A stretch of 41,024 nucleotides of DNA, from positions 1 through 41,024 of the forward strand of contig JBDRPD010000046.1 in NCBI GenBank assembly GCA_043827405.1, in the 5' to 3' direction. Positions 33,113 to 41,024 of the stretch are shown here, piece after piece (position 1 is the stretch's first letter; every line of letters begins with the position of its first letter). The DNA comes from Elusimicrobiota bacterium (GTDB taxonomy: Bacteria; Elusimicrobiota; Elusimicrobia; UBA1565). Under the pieces are notes generated by a model. That model was given only the letters and a program-made list of their open reading frames with translations. It was not told where the DNA came from and made no database searches. Made by a program: the position numbers and the translations under genes.

Positions 33113-36100
33113 GGCTGCTTCGCGTCGGCTTCGGGCTCGTCGCCGATTCCGCGCAGCAGGTCGTCTTTGAGCGCGTCGAGGCCGTCGAGCTTATCCTTGA
33201 ATGCCTGGTCCACTCCCTCGAAGGCCGCCGCGGACGCGCCGCTTTCCATGCCGGCGAGCATGCTTTTCGTTTTGTCCGCGAGCTCGGCTTCCAGGCTTTC
33301 GTAGACCTTGGTTTCTTCCGGGATAATAGGAGCATCCATCATGCGGTCCTGAGTTTTGGCCGCTTGTTCTGATTCCTTCGACTTTTCCCTCAGCAGCTGC
33401 GAAAGCTTGGTCTCGTACTCCGTTCGGGCGCCGCGCAGGAAGCTCTGCAGCTCCTGCTCCTTGGCCAGCGTCTGCTCCTCCATACGGCGGCGCTCCATCG
33501 GCTGGGCGGTGACCGCGCGTTCCGCCTCCGTCCGCAGCATGTCCGCCAGCCGCTGCTCGTACTCCCCCTGCGCCTGCTGCAGCGCCGCTTTGAGCTCGCT
33601 CTCGCGCGCCAGCGCCGACTCTTCCATGAGCCGCCGGTCTTCCGTGCGCTGCCGGTCCCGCAGCGTCAGCTGCTTTTCGTACTCGGCGCGGATATCGCGG
33701 CGTTCCTCGATCCATTTGCGTTCGCGCTGGGCCAGCTGTTCGTCGAATTCTCCCCGCAGACCGCGGGTTTCCTTCGCCCAGCGTTCTTCCTGCTTGCCCA
33801 GCTCGCTGTCGTAGTCGGCCTTGGTCTTGCGGATTTCCTGCTCAAATTTCTCTTTACGTATGACGAGCTGCCGTTCGAACTGGACCTTGGCTTCCTTCAG
33901 CATGTCCTGCAGCGCGTTCTCTTTTTCGACAAACGTCGCCTTCAGCTGCCGCCGCTCCTCGCGCCACTTGGCCTCGTTCTCAGCCAAAACCTTGCCGAAC
34001 TCCGCCTGTACGCTCTGCTTGGTATCCAAATGCGCCGAGCGCGCATCCTCCTCCGCCTTGCGCGCCGTCTGGTACTCCTTCTCGCGCTCCAGAATCTCCG
34101 ATTTGAGCCGCCGCCTCTCGGCCGCCCACTCGGTTTCGCGCTGAGCCAGCAGGCGGTCGTATTCGGACTTGATGGCCTGGCGCAGCTCGGCCTCGGCCGC
34201 CAGGGCCTGCTCCTCGGCCGCTCGCGACTCCTGCATCTCCAGCTCGCGCCGCTTATGCTCCTCGTCGCGGGAGGAGGTCTTCATGCCGATGATCTTGGCC
34301 TCGCGCTCCTCGATGCGGCGGCGCAGCCGTTCGTCGGAGGCGCGCAGGCGCTCCAGCATCTTGTCGCGGTCAAGCAGCTTGGCCTCGAAGTTCAGCTTCT
34401 CCTTCTTCCACTCCTCTTCGCGCTTGCGCTGGGTGTCGAGGGCTTCGTCCTGCGCATGCTTGAGGGCGGCCTGCATATCGTCGGCGGCCTTGAGCAAAGC
34501 CGCCTCGCGGGCGGCCTGCGCCTGGCGCAGCAGGTCGCGGCCCTTCTCTTGCGCGGCGCGGATATTCATCAGGGCCTGCGCCTTCTCCTTCAGGGCGTCG
34601 TTGAGCGCCTTGGCGTCCTCGTCCTTGCGCTTCTTGGCGGCTTCAAGAGCATTGTTGAGGGACTGGGTTTTCTCACGCAGCTTGGCTTCCAGGTCTTCCT
34701 GCACCTCCTTCCAGTAGGCCTCGCGCTCGGCGGCCGCCGTGAGCAGACGGCGCTGCTCGCTTTCGCGGTCATGGTGCGAGCTTTGCCGCAGCTGGTCGAG
34801 CTGAGCGTCCCGCGAGGCGATTTCGGCTTCCAGCCGCTCGCGCTCGTCCTGCCACAGCTTTACGTTTTTGGCTATGGTTTGCGCGAGCTCCGCTTTGACG
34901 CGGGCCTGCGCCTCGGCGCCGGCGGTGGCGGCCCGGGCAAAAGCGTCCTCGTGGGCTTTGAGCTCCTGCTCCAAGCGCTCGCGTTCCTGCTGCCACAGGG
35001 CCTCGCGGTTGGCGATGGCTTTCTGCGCCTCGGCCGCGGACTTGGCCTTCGCCTCCGCGATCTGTTCCTCGCGGCGGCTTATGGTCTGCTCCAGCGCCGC
35101 GCGCTGTTTGCCCCATTCCGCTTCCAGGCGCGCGCTCTCTTCCTTCCAGGCCTTGTTGAGCGCAGCGCGCTCCTCGGCCCCCGCTTCGCGGGCGTCCTTG
35201 ACCGCCGCCGCTTTCTCGGCCAACTCGTTCTCGAACTTCTCGCGCGCCTGCGCCAGCCGCGCCTCGGCCTTCTTCAGCTCGGCTTGATGGTGCTCCTGCG
35301 CCTCCAGGCGGCCGGCTTCCTGCCGCTGCTGCTGCCGGCGCAGGGAGGCGAGCTGCTTGGCGCTGTCGCCGGCGTCGGAGGCCAGCTTGGCGCCTTCGCG
35401 CAGCAGCTCGGATATGGTGTCGTCGCGCTTGTGGACCTGCAGGATGTAGCCGGCGCGCTCGTCGGACCAGCGCTTTTCCCGGATTTCGAGCGCCGCGCGC
35501 GACTCCTCGCGTACGCTCTCTTTCTCCTGTTCGATGCGGGCCCGCGCCTTGGCCAGCCGGTCATCGGCGGCCGCCAGCTCCGTCGTGAGCCGCCGGCGCT
35601 CCGCGTCCCAGGACTGCTCTTTCTGGGCGAACTCGGTCAGCCCCTCGGCGCGCTCTTCCGCCAGCGCATGCGTTGCGCTCAGCTCGCCGCGCAGGCGGGT
35701 GATCTCCTCGTCGCGGAGCTGGATTTCGCCGCGCAGGCGCCGGCGGTTGCTCTCCCACAGCTCGCGGCGGCGCACCGCGGTCTCCTTGGCGTCGTGCAGC
35801 AGGCGGGCGCTTTCTTCCTGCATGCGGGCGCGCACGCTTTCCAGAGCTTGGTCCCGGGACTCGAGCGCCTTCTGCAGCTGCCGGCGTTCGGCTTCCCGGG
35901 CGGCGGTCTTGCGCCGCAGGGCGACGATCTTCTCGCTCTGCCGGCGGCTCATCTCGCGCAGCTTGTCGAAAACGCCGTGCTCCTGTCCGGCGGCCGCTTC
36001 CTCGTCCGCCTCTGCGGGCCGCGCGCCGCGCGCTTCCTCTCCGGCGATGCGGGCGGCGGCGAGCTTCTCCGCGATCTCGGTCAGGCGCACGCCGCGGCGA

Positions 36101-37533
36101 TCGAGCTCGGCATGCAGGCGCTCCTTCTCGCTGTCCCACAGCTTGTCCTGCCGGGTCAAAGACTCCTGATGCTCCGCGCGCAGGCGCGCCTGCTCGGCGA
36201 GCATCTCGGTACGGATAATCTCGATGGCGCTTTCCCGCTCCGCGATCGCCTGCTGCAGGCTTTCGCGCTCCTGGGCCCACAGGTTCTCGCGCGCTCCGTA
36301 GTCGCGCGCGATGTCTTCCTTGGCCTTGACGCGCTTGGCGAGAGCCGCGCTGCGCAGCGCCTGCAGCTCCTCCTCCTGACCCCGGACGACCGCTTCCAGC
36401 TCGTCCTGGCGCTGTTTCCAGTGCGCTTCATCCGCGTCCAGGTTCTCGCGCCGCTCGCGCTCGTTGTCGGCCTGGCGCCGGGCTTCGGTATAGGCTTTTT
36501 CGCGCGCGATAAGCTTGGCGTCGAGCGTCTCGCGTTCCCGCAGCCATTTCTTTTCGCGCTCGATCCAGGACTTCACCAGCTGCCGCTCGACCTCCAGCTT
36601 GTCGCTGGTTTCCTTCAGCTCGGCGCGGAGCCGGCGCTCTTCCTGCTGGCGCGCTCGCAGCTCACCATGCAGCCGTTTGAGGGCGCGGTCCCAGTCCGCC
36701 TCGCGCGCGGCGATGCTCTCCGCGCGCTCGGTCGCGACCTGGGTCGCGGCCTCCGCGGCGCTCAGCATTCCGCGCAGGTGTTCGATCTTGACCAGCAGCT
36801 TGGCCCTTTCGGTCTCGACCCCGCGGCGCTCCTCCGCCCAGAGCTCGGAGAAGAGCTTTTCCTTGAGGTTGTCGAAGGCCTTGAGAATCTCGCGGCGGCG
36901 GGCGTAGTACTTGAGATCGGAGAAAATCCGCTTCTGGCGGCACTGCTGCTTCCACGACTCGGAATCCTTGAGGATATTCTCCTGAATCCAGTCCCCCTCC
37001 TCGATCCAGGTCGGCCCTTTCAGGCGCTGCTCCTCGAGCCGCTTGATATCCTGCTTGTAGGCGTCCTCCGCCTTGCCCAGGGCCCGGCGGTACATCTGCT
37101 CCATTTTGTCGATGCGCCGCTGATACTCTTCGAGCGCCTTCTGGTGCGCCGCCTGCGCCTCCGCCAGACGCTGCTCCACTTCATGCTTGAGCTCTTCCGA
37201 CAGCTGGCGGATTTTGAGATCGTGGCCCGCCAGCTCCGGGGACTCTTCCTTGCTCAGGATGATCTCATAGAGGACCTCCTTGAGCTCGCAGTAGTAGCGT
37301 TCGCGGTCGGCGGTTTGCGCGAGCCCGGCGGCGGTCATGCGCCGCAGGGCGTCCGCTTCCAGCTTGGCCGTCTCCTCGGCCGAGGGCGGCGCCTTGAGCA
37401 CGTCGATGAGGTCGGTTCCGCTGGCCTCGATGCTGGTCAGGAAGGCTTCCAGCGAATCGCGCAGCGCCTTGCGCGCCGAATCGGCGTCGTCGGGCAGCTG
37501 GTGCTCGATTCCGGTGTCTTCGTTTTCAGTCAT
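33109..37533 (-). CDS. Giant (1474 aa) E/R/A/K-rich coiled-coil protein with Trp-marked repeats
   Basis: Long ORF that is almost entirely helix-forming residues, with no Walker motifs, signal peptide or TM segment; recurring E-x-x-W-x-x-E-R-x-x-L. Confidence 0.85.
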   Translation of the reverse strand: MTENEDTGIEHQLPDDADSARKALRDSLEAFLTSIEASGTDLIDVLKAPPSAEETAKLEADALRRMTAAGLAQTADRERYYCELKEVLYEIILSKEESPELAGHDLKIRQLSEELKHEVEQRLAEAQAAHQKALEEYQRRIDKMEQMYRRALGKAEDAYKQDIKRLEEQRLKGPTWIEEGDWIQENILKDSESWKQQCRQKRIFSDLKYYARRREILKAFDNLKEKLFSELWAEERRGVETERAKLLVKIEHLRGMLSAAEAATQVATERAESIAAREADWDRALKRLHGELRARQQEERRLRAELKETSDKLEVERQLVKSWIEREKKWLRERETLDAKLIAREKAYTEARRQADNERERRENLDADEAHWKQRQDELEAVVRGQEEELQALRSAALAKRVKAKEDIARDYGARENLWAQERESLQQAIAERESAIEIIRTEMLAEQARLRAEHQESLTRQDKLWDSEKERLHAELDRRGVRLTEIAEKLAAARIAGEEARGARPAEADEEAAAGQEHGVFDKLREMSRRQSEKIVALRRKTAAREAERRQLQKALESRDQALESVRARMQEESARLLHDAKETAVRRRELWESNRRRLRGEIQLRDEEITRLRGELSATHALAEERAEGLTEFAQKEQSWDAERRRLTTELAAADDRLAKARARIEQEKESVREESRAALEIREKRWSDERAGYILQVHKRDDTISELLREGAKLASDAGDSAKQLASLRRQQQRQEAGRLEAQEHHQAELKKAEARLAQAREKFENELAEKAAAVKDAREAGAEERAALNKAWKEESARLEAEWGKQRAALEQTISRREEQIAEAKAKSAAEAQKAIANREALWQQERERLEQELKAHEDAFARAATAGAEAQARVKAELAQTIAKNVKLWQDERERLEAEIASRDAQLDQLRQSSHHDRESEQRRLLTAAAEREAYWKEVQEDLEAKLREKTQSLNNALEAAKKRKDEDAKALNDALKEKAQALMNIRAAQEKGRDLLRQAQAAREAALLKAADDMQAALKHAQDEALDTQRKREEEWKKEKLNFEAKLLDRDKMLERLRASDERLRRRIEEREAKIIGMKTSSRDEEHKRRELEMQESRAAEEQALAAEAELRQAIKSEYDRLLAQRETEWAAERRRLKSEILEREKEYQTARKAEEDARSAHLDTKQSVQAEFGKVLAENEAKWREERRQLKATFVEKENALQDMLKEAKVQFERQLVIRKEKFEQEIRKTKADYDSELGKQEERWAKETRGLRGEFDEQLAQRERKWIEERRDIRAEYEKQLTLRDRQRTEDRRLMEESALARESELKAALQQAQGEYEQRLADMLRTEAERAVTAQPMERRRMEEQTLAKEQELQSFLRGARTEYETKLSQLLREKSKESEQAAKTQDRMMDAPIIPEETKVYESLEAELADKTKSMLAGMESGASAAAFEGVDQAFKDKLDGLDALKDDLLRGIGDEPEADAKQP

Positions 37534-37553
37534 TCAGTTTCTGGGTATATAGA

Positions 37554-37603
37554 CAGAGTGCGCCGCGGACCGGTCTCCCGGTCCAGCTGTCGGCGCACAT
37601 CTG
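37554..37603 (-). other. Stable stem-loop with GNRA (GAGA) tetraloop upstream of the coiled-coil gene
   Basis: Minus strand CAGA-U-GUGCGCCG-ACAGCU-GGACCGG-GAGA-CCGGUCC-G-CGGCGCAC-UCUG: 4+8+7 Watson-Crick pairs. Confidence 0.7.
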
Positions 37604-37647
37604 ATTATTAGCAGGCTGATGTTAAATATTTACTACGAAAAGCAGGG

Positions 37648-38796
37648 CTATTTCGCCCGCTCGCGGCCCAGGAGCATGAGCAGCGATATCACCAGCAGGA
37701 TCAGGATGGATTGGATCACATGGAGCCAGGCGCCGGTGGGAGAGCCTTCCATGCGGATCAAAAAGGCTCCGAGTCCCAGGATCAGGTGGATAATCAGGAT
37801 GAAGGTCGCGGCCTGCGGCTGGGTCATGCCCAGCGACATCAGCCGGTGATGCAGGTGATCCTTGCCGGTATAGTCCAGCCACTGCTTTACCGTGCGCACC
37901 TGGCCGTTCTTGATGCGCGATATCGTGGTATAGGTCATGTCAAAGATCGGGATGGCCAAAATCAGCAGCGGGGTCGAGAAGGAGACTACCGGATTGCCGG
38001 CCGACCAGGAGCCCCAGACCGCGATGCTGGCGAGAAAGAACCCGATCAAAGTCGAACCGCTGTCGCCGAGAAAGGTCACCGAGCGATGCCAGTTGTAGGG
38101 CAAAAAGCCCAGGCAGGCGCCGGCCAGGGCGGCGGTCAGGAGGGCCAGGTGGGACTGGCGCGTCTGCCAGCCGATGGCCAGAAAGACGCAGGCGCACAGC
38201 AGCCCGAGGCCGCCGGTCAGGCCGTCGATGCCGTCGAGGAAGTTGACGGCATTGAGCAGGCCGATCACCCAGACGATGGTGGTTAGGCCGTTGAGCCACT
38301 CATGACCGGGCAGGATGTCGGGGAAGACGCGCAGGCTGATGCCGGAGTACAGGATGAGCAGGCAGATGCCGACCTGCACCGCGAGGCGCAGGGTGGCGGA
38401 CAAACCGCGCGCGTCATCGACCAGGGCAAGGACGAAGAGTGCCGCCCCGCCGGCCAAGAGCGCCGCCAGCGGGAAGGATTCCGGCGCGTAGCGCACCGTG
38501 CTCAGCAGCACTGCGACCAGGATCGCCAGCCCGCCCAGGCGCGGCATGGGCTTGGCATGAAGCTTGCGCTTGTCCGGCATATCCATCACGCCGTAGCGTT
38601 TGGCCGCGACAATCGTTAACGGCACCATGAGGAAGCTTATAGCGAAGGCGCGCAGGAAGATGCACAGCCACCAATGTCCCTGGTTGAGAAACCAGTTGCC
38701 GACCAGCGGCAGAAACAGCACCGAGGTGAGCGACAGCACCGCCAAATAACAGGCTTTGAATTCTATGCGCTGGACGCGGTTGGGGCTTAGCTGCAC
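37648..38796 (-). CDS. Undecaprenyl-phosphate HexNAc-1-phosphate transferase (WecA/TagO, MraY-like family)
   Basis: D.P..RKLH..PMPRLGGLAI, LVDDARGL, NAVNFLDGIDGL, FLPYNW, FLGDSGS, DHLHHRL. Confidence 0.92.
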   Translation of the reverse strand: MQLSPNRVQRIEFKACYLAVLSLTSVLFLPLVGNWFLNQGHWWLCIFLRAFAISFLMVPLTIVAAKRYGVMDMPDKRKLHAKPMPRLGGLAILVAVLLSTVRYAPESFPLAALLAGGAALFVLALVDDARGLSATLRLAVQVGICLLILYSGISLRVFPDILPGHEWLNGLTTIVWVIGLLNAVNFLDGIDGLTGGLGLLCACVFLAIGWQTRQSHLALLTAALAGACLGFLPYNWHRSVTFLGDSGSTLIGFFLASIAVWGSWSAGNPVVSFSTPLLILAIPIFDMTYTTISRIKNGQVRTVKQWLDYTGKDHLHHRLMSLGMTQPQAATFILIIHLILGLGAFLIRMEGSPTGAWLHVIQSILILLVISLLMLLGRERAK

Positions 38797-39407
38797 TGAA
38801 AGTCCAGGCCCAGGCGAATGGGCAGGAACCCTTCGGCGTACTTGACCCGGTACTGGATGCCGCGGAACACCGCCGTCGAGCGCGCGTTTTCCAATATGGA
38901 CAGGTCCGGCACCTTGGTCTGGTAGACCTGGGATTTGTGCGCGCGCAGCAGCGCCATCTTGCTCTTAAGCATCGAGCCGATATCGACAAATACCGTTGGG
39001 TTGAAGTGGACGCTGGTCGGCACCTCATAGGCGAGGACATTGCGCGCATAGCGCGTGGCCGTCACCGTGGCGCGGGCCGTATTGCGGTGATCCTGATGCG
39101 TGTCGTCGTGGTAGGGAGTGAGGATCAGGTTCGGGCTCACCTCGTCGATCACCGTCTCGATGCGGTCATTGGTTTCCTTGGCCAGCGGGATCTGGGTGTC
39201 GGAGAATCCCCCCCAGAAAATCCTGGCCTTGAGCAGCGATGCCGCATGCTCGGCCTCTTTCTTGCGGAGCTTGGGGTTTCCGCCGAGCTCGCCGCAGGTC
39301 ATGTAGAGCAGGTGAATCTTCCAGCCGCTCTTGGCGAACTTGGCCAGGGTTCCGCCGCAGCCGAATTCCACGTCGTCGGGATGAGGGCTGATCGCTAGGA
39401 GCTTCAT
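38787..39407 (-). CDS. PIG-L/LmbE-family N-acetyl-sugar deacetylase
   Basis: LAISPHPDDVEFGCGGT, R..EA, D.HQDH, AHKSQ, YAEGF; start ATG 39407 with SD AGAGG. Confidence 0.9.
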   Translation of the reverse strand: MKLLAISPHPDDVEFGCGGTLAKFAKSGWKIHLLYMTCGELGGNPKLRKKEAEHAASLLKARIFWGGFSDTQIPLAKETNDRIETVIDEVSPNLILTPYHDDTHQDHRNTARATVTATRYARNVLAYEVPTSVHFNPTVFVDIGSMLKSKMALLRAHKSQVYQTKVPDLSILENARSTAVFRGIQYRVKYAEGFLPIRLGLDFQCS

Positions 39408-39428
39408 ATCTATGCCTCTTTGAGCACC

Positions 39429-39457
39429 ATGGTAATTTAAATTAGTGTAAATATCAA
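39429..39457 (-). promoter_or_regulatory. Predicted internal sigma70 promoter upstream of the deacetylase
   Basis: Minus strand TTGATA-N17-TACCAT in an AT-rich gap; perfect palindrome TAATTTAAATTA at 39433-39444. Confidence 0.55.
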
Positions 39458-40143
39458 TTGCTTTTCTTGAATAAGTCCGCCGCCGCGTCCGGCTCCGCGT
39501 TGAAGAGGAAATCCACCGCGGACATATTAGGCTCAAAGCCGGGAAAGACTTGGGCGTATTCGGGATGCGTGAACTGCTGATAAATCAGCTTGCGCCCCTG
39601 CTGCGCGAACAGTTCCTCTTCCAGGTAGGCTTTCCCCCCCGCGCCGGAGAGATAGGCGTCGGCGCCGGCGGCGATGCTCAGGTCGATGAGGCGGCGGGTG
39701 GCTGTCGTATTGACCGCGAACTCGGAGGCCGTTCTGAACGGCACCTTGATGCCGAAAGCCGCGCAGAGATAATCGACGAGCTCGCGGCACAGCGGTTCAA
39801 GACGATCCCAGCGGCGAGTGTAGAGCTTTTCGAAAAACGGCGCATGCCGCGCGAACTGCGGGGCCTTGGCGTAGTTCAGGCGCAGGCTCTCCCAATGGTC
39901 ATGCGCCCAGTTCGCGCTATTGTCGATCTCCACGTCCTTGATCGCCTGCCGGTAGCGGCCCTTGGTGACGACGGGCACCGTCAGCCACATCCAGCCCTTG
40001 GGCGTGCGGATGCGGTTGCGGTTCTGAAACTCCCGCTTCTTGTGCTGGACATCGTCGAGCCAGATAAAAACGTCGGCCGCCGCTATCTTGTGAAAGTAGC
40101 CCAGATAGGGATGGTACTGCGGCTGATGCGCGGCCATGATCAT
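39454..40143 (-). CDS. WbqC-like protein
   Basis: HQPQYHPYLGYFHKI, DDVQ, FQNRNRI, WLTVPV, NYAKAP.F, YLSGAGGKAY, HPEY.Q, SAVDFLFN. Confidence 0.92.
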   Translation of the reverse strand: MIMAAHQPQYHPYLGYFHKIAAADVFIWLDDVQHKKREFQNRNRIRTPKGWMWLTVPVVTKGRYRQAIKDVEIDNSANWAHDHWESLRLNYAKAPQFARHAPFFEKLYTRRWDRLEPLCRELVDYLCAAFGIKVPFRTASEFAVNTTATRRLIDLSIAAGADAYLSGAGGKAYLEEELFAQQGRKLIYQQFTHPEYAQVFPGFEPNMSAVDFLFNAEPDAAADLFKKSN

Positions 40144-40805
40144 GATCTCTTCGCCTGCCCTTTCAGGATATCATGATAGAGCAGCCGCAGGCGCTCGGCC
40201 ATGGTCTCATGGCTGAAGCGGCGCAGCCCCAGCTCGTCATTTTCGCGGACCCACTTTCGCCCGCGCTGTCCCAGGTCTTCGCGCCTGGCCGGATCGTCGG
40301 CCAGCGCGCGTATCGCATTCGCCAGCGCCGCCGGGTCGCCGGGCGGCACCAGCAGGCCGCCCTCCCCCTCTTTGGCCACGTCGGGGATGCCGCAGACCCT
40401 GCTCGCCGCTGCCGGCAGGCCCAGCGACTGGGCTTGAATAAGCGCCCGCCCCATCCCTTCATTGCGCGAGGGCTGAACATAGATGTCCAAGGCGCCCAGC
40501 CAGGACCAGATGTCTTCCTGATGACCGGCCAGCAGGAAAGACTTCTGCAAACCCAATTGCGCGATCCGGCGCCGCAGCGCTTCGCGCATGGAGCCGTCGC
40601 CGATGGCGACGAAGCGCAGGCGGGTATTGTCTTTTAGCCGCCCCGCCGCTTCTAAAAATACGTCCGGGCCTTTAACGTGCTCAAGACGCAGCAGGCTGCC
40701 GGCCCATACGGCGTCCCGTTCCAGGCCGAGCTTGCCGCGCAGCGCGGCCTTGTCTCCACGCTCATTGCTCTCGTCAAGCGAGGTTCCGCTCGGCACTATG
40801 CGCCA
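40140..40805 (-). CDS. Glycosyltransferase family 4, C-terminal part (N-terminus missing or replaced)
   Basis: IVPSG, RLEHVKG, IGDGSMR, LDIYVQPSRNEGMGRALIQA, SRVCGIPDV, GLLVPPGD..ALA. Confidence 0.85.
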   Translation of the reverse strand, partial: WRIVPSGTSLDESNERGDKAALRGKLGLERDAVWAGSLLRLEHVKGPDVFLEAAGRLKDNTRLRFVAIGDGSMREALRRRIAQLGLQKSFLLAGHQEDIWSWLGALDIYVQPSRNEGMGRALIQAQSLGLPAAASRVCGIPDVAKEGEGGLLVPPGDPAALANAIRALADDPARREDLGQRGRKWVRENDELGLRRFSHETMAERLRLLYHDILKGQAKRS

Positions 40806-41024
40806 GCGTCCGGCATCGCCGAACCTCGCCTGCGCGTTGACCCGCGCCATCTCGACCAGCCGGTCGGTCTCGACCGCGCCCGGATTGACGCCGACCACCC
40901 GCACGCCCTGATCGATCGACACCGCGCCGAGCGCCCGCGTGATGCCCATCAGCGCCGCATTGCCGCCGGCACCCGCGATGTAGCCCGCCCGCACCCGGTC
41001 GCCGCCCGCCCCGATGACGTTGAC
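40806..41024 (-). CDS. Short-chain dehydrogenase fragment joined in frame to the GT4
   Basis: VNVIGAGGDRVRAGYIAGAGGNAALMGITRALG...GVRVVGVNPGAVETDR is an SDR C-terminal half; frame open to the window edge. Confidence 0.8.

Noticed and set aside
33109..37533. SMC/SbcC or phage tape-measure assignment for the giant coiled coil
   Set aside because: No Walker A/B, signature or hinge motifs, and no phage genes nearby.
34030..37611. 1193-aa ORF on the + strand
   Set aside because: Antisense shadow of the coiled-coil gene. Its L/A/F/G-rich sequence is what reversed E/K/Q/R codons give in high-GC DNA, and it has no recognisable motifs.
37600..37627. dif-like site (TGATGTTAAAT matches the XerD arm at 10/11)
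   Set aside because: The putative XerC arm matches poorly (about 5/11), the central hexamer is GC-rich and the inner dyad is broken; better explained as AT-rich promoter DNA.

Overview
High-GC bacterial chromosomal segment from a diderm (lolA, POTRA/beta-barrel). Elusimicrobiota-like gene content is my inference only and was not tested. Layout: (1) + strand MoxR-DUF58-BatA/VWA/DUF4159-GATase-like operon, running into two tandem DUF2723 (TMEM260-like GT-C) + TPR genes; the DUF58 gene carries an in-frame TAG. (2) Long - strand housekeeping/envelope operon: DUF3467, cinA, rpsO, pnp, accB, small wHTH, ftsK, lolA, rodZ-like, pgsA, pgpA, POTRA-barrel, secreted protein. (3) Divergent + strand operon: gmk, divergent rpoZ, split coaC/coaB, family-4 UDG, PmtA-like methyltransferase, priA, a third DUF2723-TPR gene, tyrS, FecR-domain protein. 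(4) - strand block: GT4, wbqC-like, PIG-L deacetylase, wecA-like, and a 1474-aa coiled-coil protein. No rRNA, tRNA, CRISPR or transposase was seen. Best leads: a perfect 27-bp inverted repeat enclosing a promoter-like 44-bp spacer between the two divergent operons; a giant coiled coil with a Trp-marked ~47-residue heptad/hendecad repeat and a GNRA-capped RNA hairpin upstream; three TMEM260-like glycosyltransferases, two coupled to a MoxR/VWA operon; probable ATA/ATC starts and leaderless genes; and an SDR/GT4 chimera at the right end. All family calls come from motif recognition by eye, without database searches.
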